64,000 nt of DNA from Candidatus Bathyarchaeota archaeon (GTDB lineage Archaea > Thermoproteota > Bathyarchaeia > Bathyarchaeales > Bathycorpusculaceae). The stretch lies in contig CAWGYA010000007.1 in assembly GCA_963826715.1 (NCBI GenBank), positions 1 to 64,000 of the forward strand, given 5' to 3'. The translations under genes were made by a program, and so were the position numbers. Below are positions 9,229-20,300 of this stretch, in pieces. A model generated the notes under the pieces. That model worked only from the letters and a program-made list of their open reading frames with translations, ran no database searches and had not been told where the DNA came from. Each line of letters opens with the position of its first letter. Position 1 is the first letter of the stretch.

Positions 9229-10002
9229 CTATTGAAGCCTAAGAGCACTGTGGATAAACTCATCAAAAGAAAAACGGGTTGTTATTTGCTCCAATTGATC
9301 GGCAATAATGTATTTTGTTATTAAGCCCTCAGCGTCTGCTTCATGAAGAATATTTCTTACTGTTTTCTTTTCGCTAATGCCTAGATATTGCCAATATGAA
9401 TTTTGGAGGATGTCAAATATTTTGATAGTAGAAGATTTTGAAAATAAGTAGTGGGTAAGAATAAGGAAAGCGGTCTTAGGTGTTTGAATTTCGGCTACTA
9501 TGTTAAGATTGCTTTTATTATCAGCTATGAAGCCTAAGGCCTTGGAATCTATTCGAAGATTATTTATTAGGTAGGGTTTGATATCTTCAAATTCTTTTGC
9601 TAAGAATTGTTTAAACAATGTATTACTAATTTTGGTTCCAGGAACTAAAGGAAGTATGCAACGAGTGATAAATTTTGCAGCAACCGGTTGGCTTATTAGA
9701 AATTGGTACCTTAAAATCTCTTGTAAAAGCTCTTCATCTCTGTAAGAGGACCAAACCTGACTCGAGATAGTATCAAGAGAATTGTTAGGAAAAAACCATT
9801 TGAGTATATTGCAGGCTCTTATCTTCCTCACACGTTCTGAATTAAAATGGATAGTTTTTTCAAGTTCTTTACGAAATGCCTTAAAATCAGAAAACTGAGC
9901 ACTCAACTTTACAGCGCTAATAGTATCTTCAAGCAGAAACATGCCTACATAAGAACTCACAACATTTCTGGATTGATTGCCCGCACTACAATCAATATTC
10001 AA
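9229..10002 (-). CDS. brxA: BrxA-like (DUF1819-like) DNA-binding protein, copy 2
   Basis: Clear paralog of 21640-22422 (VKLSA.FSDFK.FR, ILKWFFP, PKTA.LILTHYL, WQYLGI, EADA.GLI.KY..ADQLEQ.TTR). Lies at the 3' end of the BREX cluster. Start is uncertain. Confidence 0.6.
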   Translation of the reverse strand: MNIDCSAGNQSRNVVSSYVGMFLLEDTISAVKLSAQFSDFKAFRKELEKTIHFNSERVRKIRACNILKWFFPNNSLDTISSQVWSSYRDEELLQEILRYQFLISQPVAAKFITRCILPLVPGTKISNTLFKQFLAKEFEDIKPYLINNLRIDSKALGFIADNKSNLNIVAEIQTPKTAFLILTHYLFSKSSTIKIFDILQNSYWQYLGISEKKTVRNILHEADAEGLITKYIIADQLEQITTRFSFDEFIHSALRLQ

Positions 10003-10265
10003 GAGTCTAACCGATTCCGAATATTAGCCTAATTCCAGTAAAAGCTTTGTGTAGATTACAGATTCCGAATTAAACTAATATTTTATTAGCATTTGGACGC
10101 TAATTTAATAGCAATAATACTAATTACCAAAAGCCAAATAAATTAAAAGTATTAAGACGACAAATGAGTTTGAATCCGAAGATTCTGAAGAATAATACAA
10201 AAATTTGAAATCCAAGAATAATTTAATAAATGGAAGATCAAAAATGTTCTCTTCTTTTTAAGCAC

Positions 10266-11711
10266 TCAATTTCTCGGGCTTATCTCTTCAGACAAGTTTG
10301 TTCCTTTGTACTCCGCAGGTGCAATTATTGCTAATTGGTCAAGGATTCTTTGTCGGCATTCAATTGCTATTTGTAGACAGTAATCAAATTCATCCGGCTG
10401 TACTGATTCGGGTGTTCTATTTGGGAAAAGTATTTTTAGAAGGCCTGACGCAGTCTTTTTTATAGCATCTTGGTTTCTTCCAGTCATTTTTCCAAAGTTA
10501 ACATTTGCATCAACCACGATCTGATAGTTTCTTCGTCTAAATCGATAGAATATTTCAGCCAGATAATCAGTTATGAAACCATATCCTGAAGCATAATTCT
10601 CGGGAGCAATTTTTTTCATTTCCCATCCAGGCAGAAAACAGTGAATTCGGTCTAGAAAAGCGATATCAAGTAATTCTTTTGGAAGTACTGCAAAAAGATG
10701 CTCATAATGGCCCGATGGAGTTTTACGTTGTATATCAACATCTATATTACCGGCAAGCACAATGCTTGCTTGCGCGGAAAATTGTTGGTTTCCCCTTGAG
10801 AATTTACCCGTCTGCATGTAATCTTTCAGTACACTAATGGTGGCATCAGGGTCTGAAAAGCTTGTATTGGCAACTTCATCGAAAAATACTACATCTTTTT
10901 GTCCCAATATTCCAAGTTTTCTTGTTGCTTGGTTAAAAAAAAGTGCTGCGGGTGTTGTTTTTCCTCCTGAAATAACAAAACATTTGCTTGAGGTATTCCT
11001 GTAAGTATATGTTTTTCCTGTTTCTCTTGGGCCCAATTCTATCAAGTTGTAATTTGCTTCTACAAAAGGTACAAGCCTTAGGAGTAACAGTGTTTTCTCT
11101 CTTTTGGTAAATCTGTTAGGATTGAAACCGATACTTTGAACAAGTAAATCAATCCAATCGTCCAATGAGAATTCTGACCTTTTTTCAATATAATCATCTA
11201 TGTTGAGTCGAGTAACTTGAAATGGAGTAAATTCTTTGATATAAAAAGGGTAAATCCTTCCTTTTATTTCGTAGGATGGATCATACTCTATTGTCATTGT
11301 ACCCCATGCGCCGGCACCCAGTAATACGTCACCATATTCATACAGGACGCTTTTGTTTATTCGAACATAATTGTCTCCAATGGCTGGTACATCAACCCAA
11401 TAGTGATCTTTGCCAGCATCAAGTCTTGCTTGCAATTGGCCAAGCAGTATGTATTCTCCCTCTTCCTTTATTCGACTTTTAATTAGCTCCCTTTGACCGC
11501 TTTCCACGTAGTGCTCGTTGATTACTTTGTCTATTTTTTTCTGTCCTAAAATCGGATTTGTTGGGTCTACATATTTTGCGACAAGGTATTCCATGACAAA
11601 GCGAGGAAATTCTTTGTAGGCGTCATTCCATCTAGTTAGAGGCTTTAGTAATACTCTTCCGCTAAACACAGTTTGTATTTTGTCATCCAATGTTATCGAC
11701 AACTGCATCAC
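10266..11711 (-). CDS. brxL: BrxL AAA+/MCM-like protein lacking the C-terminal Lon protease domain
   Basis: Motifs PRFVMEYL, LLRLVPFVEANYNLIELGPRETGKT, FFDEV, LKDYM.G.FSRG and AFLDRIH.FLPGW. It is only 481 aa and ends with no Lon Ser-Lys domain. Confidence 0.88.
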   Translation of the reverse strand: MMQLSITLDDKIQTVFSGRVLLKPLTRWNDAYKEFPRFVMEYLVAKYVDPTNPILGQKKIDKVINEHYVESGQRELIKSRIKEEGEYILLGQLQARLDAGKDHYWVDVPAIGDNYVRINKSVLYEYGDVLLGAGAWGTMTIEYDPSYEIKGRIYPFYIKEFTPFQVTRLNIDDYIEKRSEFSLDDWIDLLVQSIGFNPNRFTKREKTLLLLRLVPFVEANYNLIELGPRETGKTYTYRNTSSKCFVISGGKTTPAALFFNQATRKLGILGQKDVVFFDEVANTSFSDPDATISVLKDYMQTGKFSRGNQQFSAQASIVLAGNIDVDIQRKTPSGHYEHLFAVLPKELLDIAFLDRIHCFLPGWEMKKIAPENYASGYGFITDYLAEIFYRFRRRNYQIVVDANVNFGKMTGRNQDAIKKTASGLLKILFPNRTPESVQPDEFDYCLQIAIECRQRILDQLAIIAPAEYKGTNLSEEISPRN

Positions 11712-14398
11712 TCCATTATCTTGTCTAGACCGCCAAATTTGAATTCAACCTTGTCTTTTCTTTCTCTGACGATAATAGGAATAACCCTTTTCTTGGGTTT
11801 TAAAGGTTCTTTATTCAAGGTTCGATAGGATAAAGTGATTTCTAAATTCCTCATTAGTAATGTAGGTTTCTCAAATTGAAATGAAACCTTCTGTTCTTCC
11901 TTTGGTGGAATAGATTGTAGATGTTCTTTTGATTCGCCTGTATTTAATCTAAAGGTTATCTGGTAATCAGTTGTTCTATTTCCTTGGTTAATAATTTTGA
12001 TTTGGAAAGTTGAGGGAACATCTTCAGTGAGTTCTATTGAATTGGAGCATTCGATTTTCAGGTCCAATCGTGAAAAAACTATTTTTTCCATTAAAACTCC
12101 AGGAACAACTGTTTCGTCCAGTGATATTCCGCCGTGTGCGTATCTTGCGAATCTGCCGCCGGGCCGCATAAACCATTTTCTGCCTATTGCTGCTGTGAAA
12201 AAGGTATGAGGCAAATAGCTGATGCGGTATCCTTTTGGATGTTCTATGTTCTCAAGTACTCTGTAAGTGATTCCTTGTTTTGTTGTGCCATATGTATATG
12301 TGTTTCCGCCAGTTTGGAAGACCTTTTGTTCGTCGGTTTTTTCGAGTTCTATGAAGCCATGGTCACTAGTTAGTACTATTATGTCTTTTTCGCCAACTCT
12401 GTTCTCTAGGTCAGGGAGTATTATTCTGTTAATTTTTTCTTCTATGATTTTGTTTAGTTCCCGTAAGTTGTCTTGGAAATTGTGTATCCAGTCGTCGCTG
12501 AGATTGTATATTAATATGTTGTAAAGGGTAGTTTCTGTATCAAGTCTTTCGCGAGCAAAGTCAGCGTCTGCATTTACGGTTACCTTAAGTTTGTCCCTTC
12601 CTTCGTATTGTGATAGCCCAAAAAGCCTTGATGCTAGTATGTTGTGGTCAGAAGTGTATCTTCCGTAATAGTCTTCCCATTGGTTGGGTGGTTTTCCAGC
12701 TAATACAGCTACTCGTGCAATATCTGTTTTGGATGGTATGGTTGATAAAAAGAGTTTTTCTTCTTTTATTTCAAATTTCGTTTGTAATATTGGTTTTACT
12801 ATTTGTTTCCATGTGTCGAGGCGCATTCCATCAAATATGAGGACCCAGATTTTTCGGTCTTTGGATGGTTTTAGATTTCTCAGTGTAATGTACTCTTTTA
12901 GAATATTTGCAGATAATCTTGGGTGGTCTAAATACCCTTTCCAATTCTTCTCAATTATTATTGACAGGTTTTGGTCAGCTTGTTCGATTTTTTCATTTAG
13001 TTTTTGTTTCAAACCATGGATATATTGTCGCAGAACTTTTTTTAAGCCATCAACTTCACAGTCTGTTTGACAATAGTTTGCAGCATCTGTTATTACTATT
13101 TGGATTTTGTAGAAGTCACTCTCATTCCACCAATCAATTAGAGCGGCTAAATCAATCTTTTTTTCAAACGGTATTTCAAGGGCATATAGGGCTGCTGTAA
13201 TATTTGCCAAGAAGCGGAGTATTTTATCAGCTTTTTCAGAGAACGCGGTTTCTGTTTCTTCTAGAATAGTTTTTTGTTTTGCAAGTTCATCAGCCCAACG
13301 GATATTAGCATATTTTAGCTCCGTCTTTTTGGTGATCTCCTTTAGAAAAGTAACTGCTAAGGCATATGCAATTAGTGGGTTTGTTTCGCTCCTAAAAGCA
13401 TCAACTATTTCAGTTGGTTCTGTTAGTTTTGTGCATTGAATGATTTTTAATGCATCTTGTAAAGTGAGTGTTTCTTCTGCTATCTTCTTTACTTGTGATT
13501 TAATGCTATAATTTGATTGAATACTCTTGGTTACTTTTGTTATGATGTTTTCACCAAGGTCATCAGGATCAAATGAGATAAGGCCTAATCCTTTTAGTTG
13601 AACTAATGGGTTAGGAATTTTATATCTCGATGCAACGTCTAATAAATAGAAAAATGTTGCGAGTTCGTCTCTTTTCAGTTTGAACCATGGTGAGATTTCC
13701 GCAGAGTCTTCAATTATATTTTTTTCAATAGTATTAATGAGAATTTGTCGATCTTCTTCGTTGAGTTCACTGCTTAAGATTATTTTGCTGTATTTGATTA
13801 TTCCTTGTTCTGTTGGTAAGCTATTGAGAATTAATTCAGGTAGTTGCACATTCGGATTTCTTAATGCAATAAGAATTGCATTCATATGATTCTCACTGAG
13901 TGGAACCTTGGGTGGAAGTTCTTTACTTAATTCGACATAAAGGCTATGGAATTTTCTTAGATTCATTCCTATTTCTTTTGAATGTTTGAAGAGTGCTTCG
14001 GGCCATGTTACTCGAGGAATGAGTTCTTGGATTACATTTTGCAGTGATAAATCAACTATTCTCTCTATTTTTTCAACAATATCATAAACGTAGCCAAGGT
14101 CAACTTGTGTTTGTTGCCCTAAAGGTTTTATTACCAAAAGTAGCAACGCCTTGTCTCCAGTTTTATTAGCAAAATATTCCTTTCTAAATGCTAAATCATT
14201 CCCAAAATACTTTAGCACTTTCCAGGTTTTGTCATTTTCTAAATCAATATACTCTTCATTTAGATCAAGAAAACCGTCGGGGTCCAGCACCAAAACGAAA
14301 TTAGTTGCCAGTGGGTATCCGCTTATTGTTTTTTCGAAATGGTCGTTGATTGTCTGGGTTTCCCTCATCAAAGTTTTTAGCCTCTTCTTAGTTGACAC
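11708..14398 (-). CDS. pglZ: PglZ alkaline-phosphatase-fold protein with C-terminal Ig-like domain
   Basis: Motifs LIFDGMR, PSKT..AR, DDWIH, TSDHGF and HGGISLDE.VVP. The stop overlaps the brxL start (ATGA). The true start may be the ATG at 14368. Confidence 0.88.
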   Translation of the reverse strand: MSTKKRLKTLMRETQTINDHFEKTISGYPLATNFVLVLDPDGFLDLNEEYIDLENDKTWKVLKYFGNDLAFRKEYFANKTGDKALLLLVIKPLGQQTQVDLGYVYDIVEKIERIVDLSLQNVIQELIPRVTWPEALFKHSKEIGMNLRKFHSLYVELSKELPPKVPLSENHMNAILIALRNPNVQLPELILNSLPTEQGIIKYSKIILSSELNEEDRQILINTIEKNIIEDSAEISPWFKLKRDELATFFYLLDVASRYKIPNPLVQLKGLGLISFDPDDLGENIITKVTKSIQSNYSIKSQVKKIAEETLTLQDALKIIQCTKLTEPTEIVDAFRSETNPLIAYALAVTFLKEITKKTELKYANIRWADELAKQKTILEETETAFSEKADKILRFLANITAALYALEIPFEKKIDLAALIDWWNESDFYKIQIVITDAANYCQTDCEVDGLKKVLRQYIHGLKQKLNEKIEQADQNLSIIIEKNWKGYLDHPRLSANILKEYITLRNLKPSKDRKIWVLIFDGMRLDTWKQIVKPILQTKFEIKEEKLFLSTIPSKTDIARVAVLAGKPPNQWEDYYGRYTSDHNILASRLFGLSQYEGRDKLKVTVNADADFARERLDTETTLYNILIYNLSDDWIHNFQDNLRELNKIIEEKINRIILPDLENRVGEKDIIVLTSDHGFIELEKTDEQKVFQTGGNTYTYGTTKQGITYRVLENIEHPKGYRISYLPHTFFTAAIGRKWFMRPGGRFARYAHGGISLDETVVPGVLMEKIVFSRLDLKIECSNSIELTEDVPSTFQIKIINQGNRTTDYQITFRLNTGESKEHLQSIPPKEEQKVSFQFEKPTLLMRNLEITLSYRTLNKEPLKPKKRVIPIIVRERKDKVEFKFGGLDKIME

Positions 14399-14970
14399 GT
14401 GTTACCAATTTTTTGGACTAGTTTGAATAGTATTGGAGATGCCTTAAGAGGATCAATTCTCTTGAACACTAATGCACCACGGTCGTACAGTTGCATGTTA
14501 TAGCAGAACCATACCCAGAAGCAAAGTTGGTCATGATTCACTCCGATATCGTTTCCTTCCTTCAAGAATTCGTTTATTTCTTCTATTAACTGGTGGGTTG
14601 AAGTTAGAAGTTCTTTGTCGCTTTTTTCTTTGAAGTGGTAACGTCTCCAAAATTCAACATCAGTTTTTCTGTGAAATCCAGAATGGACATTGCTTTCCAA
14701 GTATTTATCAGCTTTTTCACTCAGCCCAAATCTTTGTCCAACTTTTACGAACCGACATCGCGACCCTTTTCTTTTCATTTCCTGAGTTATGCAAACATAT
14801 ACTGTGCTTGATGGAGATTTGCTCTTTGAATCTATTAAGCCCGTGGATAGTATTAATTCCGCTAGCTCTGTTGGACCTAAAGGTCTGTTTTCTGTGTTCA
14901 AAACTTTGTAAGCTGCGTCTGCCCAAGAGTTTTTTGATCGTTTTTCCCAGTTTTCTTTGGCACCCATCAA
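14377..14970 (-). CDS. HARE-HTH (HB1/ASXL-type wHTH) protein with a C-terminal module shared with the MTase
   Basis: WADAAYKVL....RPL...EL...IL..GLI...SKSP.STV...I..E....G..RF.KVG..FGL is the HARE-HTH pattern. Confidence 0.75.
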   Translation of the reverse strand: MMGAKENWEKRSKNSWADAAYKVLNTENRPLGPTELAELILSTGLIDSKSKSPSSTVYVCITQEMKRKGSRCRFVKVGQRFGLSEKADKYLESNVHSGFHRKTDVEFWRRYHFKEKSDKELLTSTHQLIEEINEFLKEGNDIGVNHDQLCFWVWFCYNMQLYDRGALVFKRIDPLKASPILFKLVQKIGNTCQLRRG

Positions 14971-14971
14971 A

Positions 14972-17335
14972 TTAATTGCTACCCTCCTGAGATTTGACCT
15001 TGCATATTTCAGCTATCTTTTTAGCCTTTTTGAAAACCTCGGCAGTAACATTGTTCTCATTCAGTCGACAGAACAAATCGTTCCCTTCTTGGTATAAACC
15101 GCTGTTGTAACAAAATTCAATCCATTCACAAACCTCATCATCTGTTGGTTGATATTCACTTGTGTTTTCAAGATAGCCGGTAATTTGCCGGACAGTCATA
15201 TCAGTTAATTTCTTGGTCAGATGCTCTTTTTCGGAGTTTGTAGGGTTTCTCCATTCTCCTTTTTCTTCAACAAAATTCTCTTGAAGCATGCTCTGCAAAT
15301 CTTTCTGGAGCTTGTTTGGACCCATTGCTTTGAAGAAATCAGGTAAGATGTCACCACATTTGCGAGGAATTCTTAGAAAGTCTTCGAGCCATTCTAGTGC
15401 TTCAGTTTCATTAGATACGTAACCGAATAGCCTCTTTTGGCTGCCTGTTTTTGGTCTCTGATAAGGGAGATACCAGTGCTCATCAATTTCTCTAAAATTG
15501 GACCTCAGAATTTTTTGGAAATCTTCAAAGCTCAGGTTTTTTAACGGTTTATTTTGCTGCATGAAAAAGCCTATGGTTTTACTGTGGAGCATTCGAGGGG
15601 TTCTTTCCTCATTATGAACTAAGGGCAATTTCAGCAACTGATCTGCCAAAAAACCCCTTATTGCAGTGTTGGTAGTTTTTCCTTTGATGCCATTTTTAGC
15701 CGTTGCCTTAGGTTTGTAACAATTAATAACCACATCATATCCAACAGCACCAGTAGATGTAACTTGTTTGAATGACCGCTGTTTTTTGTCAAATGTCCCT
15801 ATCATGGCAACGGAGAAGCCCGATTGTGAAAGACCTTCTTGAATTGCTTGCCAGACATCCCCATCAGAGTTGTGAAAAACAAGAGTCATCCAACGACCCG
15901 GTTTTAAGACTCTGTATATTTCCTTGAAGGCGTCAGACATTAGACTCTTATATTCTGCAATACCTTTTCCTTGTGTTTTGTTTATTATTGCCTCATTCTT
16001 TGTGTCGGTAAGATTCCTGAGCCAAGATTCCCAGATGAAATTAAGTTCAGAATACATCAAATTTGACCCAAATGGGGGATCAGTAAAAACATAGTCTATT
16101 GAATTACAAGGCACGTTACCTAAATCAGTTGCTGATTGATTTGTGACAACCGATTCAGCTTTTGTTTGTATTAATGAAAATAATTTAATTACATCTTTCT
16201 TTTTGTTATTCCAAATTGAAAGGACATTTCTTTCGGCTGAAAAGCCTGGGACATATAATGTTCCACTTAGAGGGCCGTTACCCCTTTTTCCAAAATTGTA
16301 CCTAGTAAGATGACTCACCAAAGATGGGTTAAAACTCGTGAATACAAACTGGAGCGCTATTCTAGTTCTTTCGTCTTCAACCTTGCTTATGAGATACCAA
16401 AGTTTTGCCAAGGCCCATAGATTCCGGGCAGTATAGAAATGGTTAACTTGCGTTATCCCAATTCGGTCATTGCGACGTGATTCATCTCCTTCAGGCATTC
16501 GACTGGAAGGATACCATAGCGGTTTTCCGTTTTCGTTGACAGGCCATTCATTTAGGTCTGTCTTTGGAAAGAAACTATTATCAGAAATAGCATTGAAACG
16601 GTTTTCGATCTCGCGAATTCTCGCTAATTCAGATTCTGATACCTTTTGTTCGTGTCTCTTGCAGTTTGGGCAATCAAAAACTACCTTAATTGGTGTTTTC
16701 CCAACCTTTGTGCATTTCGCTCTATCTAAATCCTTTGCACATGAAGGGCATTTGAATTTCTTCATAATGTTTTTATCATTAATTACACTGGACGCCCAAA
16801 GAGGAAAATGGGTGTTGCATCTAGGACATTGAAGTTCTTCGCTCCACACGGTGCACTCTATTTCGGCTTTTCTACCGCATTTTTCACATCGAGTTTCATA
16901 CAACCATGCAACGAGCTTTTGCATTTCTTTCTGAATTTGTGATTCTGCTTGAATGAATTTTTCACGATCAAATGGTGTGCAATAGTTAAAAGCTATAAAT
17001 GATGCAACTGGGGAAATATCTAGCAACAGTGCATTTCTATTTTCCAAGAGCGCAGCCAAACCAGTCATTCCCGTCCCACAAAATGGATCAAGTATTATCT
17101 CCCCAGGTTTTGTGTAATGCCTAACAAAGTGAGCGATACCCTCGGGAGGGACCTTGGTATGATATGAATGTGCATTGTATATTATTGAGGTCTTCCCTGA
17201 TTTTACATCAGAGGCGTGAGGCTCTACCAAATAATTATCATCATGCTCACTATACGACGCACTGTGTCTGTTAACAAAATGTGTTACTATCTTGGACAGG
17301 TTTTGATCTGAAGGCACGACCAAATCATTCACCAA
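14972..17335 (-). CDS. Amino (N6/N4) DNA methyltransferase, PglXI-like, with zinc-ribbon insertion
   Basis: HSYHTKVP, SAM motif LDPFCGTGMTG, four CxxC pairs, catalytic FTDPPF and RVLKPG. Confidence 0.88.
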   Translation of the reverse strand: MVNDLVVPSDQNLSKIVTHFVNRHSASYSEHDDNYLVEPHASDVKSGKTSIIYNAHSYHTKVPPEGIAHFVRHYTKPGEIILDPFCGTGMTGLAALLENRNALLLDISPVASFIAFNYCTPFDREKFIQAESQIQKEMQKLVAWLYETRCEKCGRKAEIECTVWSEELQCPRCNTHFPLWASSVINDKNIMKKFKCPSCAKDLDRAKCTKVGKTPIKVVFDCPNCKRHEQKVSESELARIREIENRFNAISDNSFFPKTDLNEWPVNENGKPLWYPSSRMPEGDESRRNDRIGITQVNHFYTARNLWALAKLWYLISKVEDERTRIALQFVFTSFNPSLVSHLTRYNFGKRGNGPLSGTLYVPGFSAERNVLSIWNNKKKDVIKLFSLIQTKAESVVTNQSATDLGNVPCNSIDYVFTDPPFGSNLMYSELNFIWESWLRNLTDTKNEAIINKTQGKGIAEYKSLMSDAFKEIYRVLKPGRWMTLVFHNSDGDVWQAIQEGLSQSGFSVAMIGTFDKKQRSFKQVTSTGAVGYDVVINCYKPKATAKNGIKGKTTNTAIRGFLADQLLKLPLVHNEERTPRMLHSKTIGFFMQQNKPLKNLSFEDFQKILRSNFREIDEHWYLPYQRPKTGSQKRLFGYVSNETEALEWLEDFLRIPRKCGDILPDFFKAMGPNKLQKDLQSMLQENFVEEKGEWRNPTNSEKEHLTKKLTDMTVRQITGYLENTSEYQPTDDEVCEWIEFCYNSGLYQEGNDLFCRLNENNVTAEVFKKAKKIAEICKVKSQEGSN

Positions 17336-20300
17336 GCGAGATCCTTATTTTCTTTCCTGGCTTTTCCTTCTTTGCTTTTTCTACAGCTTTTACAAGTTCA
17401 TCTCTGAAAGCTCTAGCAACTTCCTCAATGCGCTCTTCCTCAACAAAACTATGGCGCCGAATGAATTCAAAGACTGATATGTTGATTGTTTCGATATTTG
17501 CCTTCGCAAGCAGCGCTCTTATGTATTCAGATATTGGTTTGGAGAAATGAATAACAAAAGAATCAATGTTTTCAGCGTCAAGAGATTTAACAACAGCATC
17601 AAGCTTTTGATCCTTGTCCAAGGCTAATACTTGTTTTGTAAGCATTTGGCTTAATCCTTTCATTCCCTGCTTTATGTTTTCGTCGAGTTCTCTAAGAAAC
17701 GCATTTTTTCAGATTCATCAAAACTATCAGTTAAGATCGTTTGACATTCTTTACATAAAGCGGAGGAATCTACGCTAACAGGGTCTTTAGCGGTACATGG
17801 CTTGAATTTTCGTTCCAAAGTAGAATAAGCACCTTTTGACGTGGGCAAATTTAGGCCAATTTGGCTAAGTCTTTGGATTGCATCAATTTTTGGCACCGTT
17901 GCTTGTAATTGTTCAAGCGCCTTTTTCAGTTTAGAATTGTAGTCTCTATGATGAATCTGATAACTAGTGGCGTACTTGTTTTTGAAAATTAAATATTGTT
18001 CGCTGATTTTATCTAATTTGGCAAAGTCACCAACAAACGATTCTGGATCAAGCTCCTTGAGCAAGAATGCTCTTTGACTACCAAAACTATCTTTATCGGA
18101 TGGAAATCTTGCAGCCTCAAGGTACGATTGCATTCCAAGAATAATTGTAGCCTGATCTGATAGGTTGACTAGGGTCCCAAAAATTTTAGCGTCATTCTCT
18201 ATTGAATCGTGGTTGCCTGAGTAAATATCAGATAATATTGATTGAAATTCAGCATAATTTCGTGAAGTAGTTATTTCTCCAACATTCTTAATACATTCTG
18301 AATATGGGAAGGTCTTTCCGAAAGCCGACCACAAAGCATTAAGATTAGCCGTTATTGTTGGTAGCTTGTTTAAAATGCCCTGAAGTGAGACTAGCAAGCG
18401 TCTTTCTTGCTCGAGAATATCCTCAGGCTTTGTCGCAGTTTTCAAATCTTGTTCAGGTGCAAACAAACGAGCAAGATGTACGATGTCATTCCAGTTAGCT
18501 AGTGTACTTCTTGTAAGAAGATCAAAATCTTCTTCAAACCTACCTCGCCATTGAACTTCTGGGACATTAAATGATGTTATCCGTGAACTTCCGATTGATT
18601 GCTTATTTCCAGACCTTAGACGAATTTCTACACTTGGATCTCCAAATCTCACAAAGCACAGAAGATTAAGCGTTATTATCTCGTAAATCAAACCATATGG
18701 CGGTGCTCCAAGTTCTCTATACAATTTCCATACTGGAAACTCGAAACCATTTTCTTCTAATTTCTTTTTAAGATAAGCAAATACTCGATTGTGGATAGGG
18801 TCAAAAGTTTTTGGTGATGAAGATTTAGACAGTACCAGACCTGGACCAAAATTGTCACAGGCACTTGTTGATGCCGAACCTGCATTTTTCTCAAAAAAAC
18901 CGCTGAAAACTTTCTTCGCGTCTTTTGCTGTAAAATTATTTCTGAAAAGTGAAGAATCAAGCAAAGATTTCTGATACGCGTCACTCAATAGATTGTTGGC
19001 AATCAGAGTTGCTGTTCTATCAAGTGACCCTGAACCAAAAACTCTTTTCACATCAATTGCGAGAGCTTGTTGAGTAAATACTCTTCCTCCAGAAAAAATA
19101 GGCAATTGAGAATCAAGCAAAGCACCAATATGCTCACGTTTCTTAACTCTTATCCATTGACGTATTTCTTCGGCCTCTGTATCCACCTTGAGCTCAAAAT
19201 CCTTCTCCATTTTTGTAATAGCTAAATTATTAAGCACTGCCTCTTTTGCACTGTCACTTAAAACATCAGGGACGCAAACGCCAATTCTTCTATCGCCAAC
19301 ATTTTTGGAGTCAAAATCTCCATTACGGGTGAGAAAAACAATCCTAAAATGAGTGTCCTCTCCAAGCGACTCCCCATATTCAGGCCGCCACTGTTTGGCA
19401 ACAATAATCTCGCCTGGATACTCAATTTTTTGGAACTTTATGTTTACTTTATTCTTTTGGTCAAAAGTATATCCAGAAAATAAAGCTCCCCTTCCGCCTC
19501 CAGTTTGTTCGGGAGTTAGAATCAAGTTCTTTTCCCAATGCGGATCGATTTTTTCGGGTTGTTTAACAAGTACTTTCTTTATTTTAGAGAATTCGTCAGT
19601 TGGACGAACTGCTTCTTCACCTGTGACTCTAAACCGTGCACCTTTTTCTCTAATATACTCTACCTGAGTAAGATCACGTAACTTAACAAGTACATTTTCA
19701 ACCTGATCGGTGCCTTTAATGATCCCATCGGATACAATCTCCATTTCAGTGATGTCTTGAATCGAAAGGTACTTGGAAACATCCAAGTATGCTAAGTTCC
19801 ATAAAAATAGGGATTTAACAACTCTTTGAGCAAGAGCATTGTCTTCGTCATAAAGTTCGATGTCGTTTATTCCATCCATAGCAGATTTAAAAGACCTATT
19901 AGATTTTTGAAATGCAGCAGTTTCAAGATCTTTCGAATGAAGTCCCAGCGTCAAATCACTAACGGGAATTAGGCTCTCTTTTTCCAAAACGACATTTTCA
20001 ACCAAGACATCGTGAAGTATGTTTATTCCGGCTCTAGCAGATGGCAACTCTCTTTTAGTTATGTTTCTAATTGCTTCAAAACACTTTGGATGAAAAGGAA
20101 AAATCGAGAAGAAGTAGTCTCGATCAAGCGATTTTAAGGAAGCGAAGTTTTTGTGGTAATATTGATAATACTGTTCTATCTCAGGCTCTTTTGTATCGAT
20201 AATATCTCTAACTCTTCGAGCCGCAATAATATCATACTCCTGCAGTGTTTTACCCGCAAGCAACGTGATTTCATTGAACCTGTCTCCTTTTAACTTGGTA

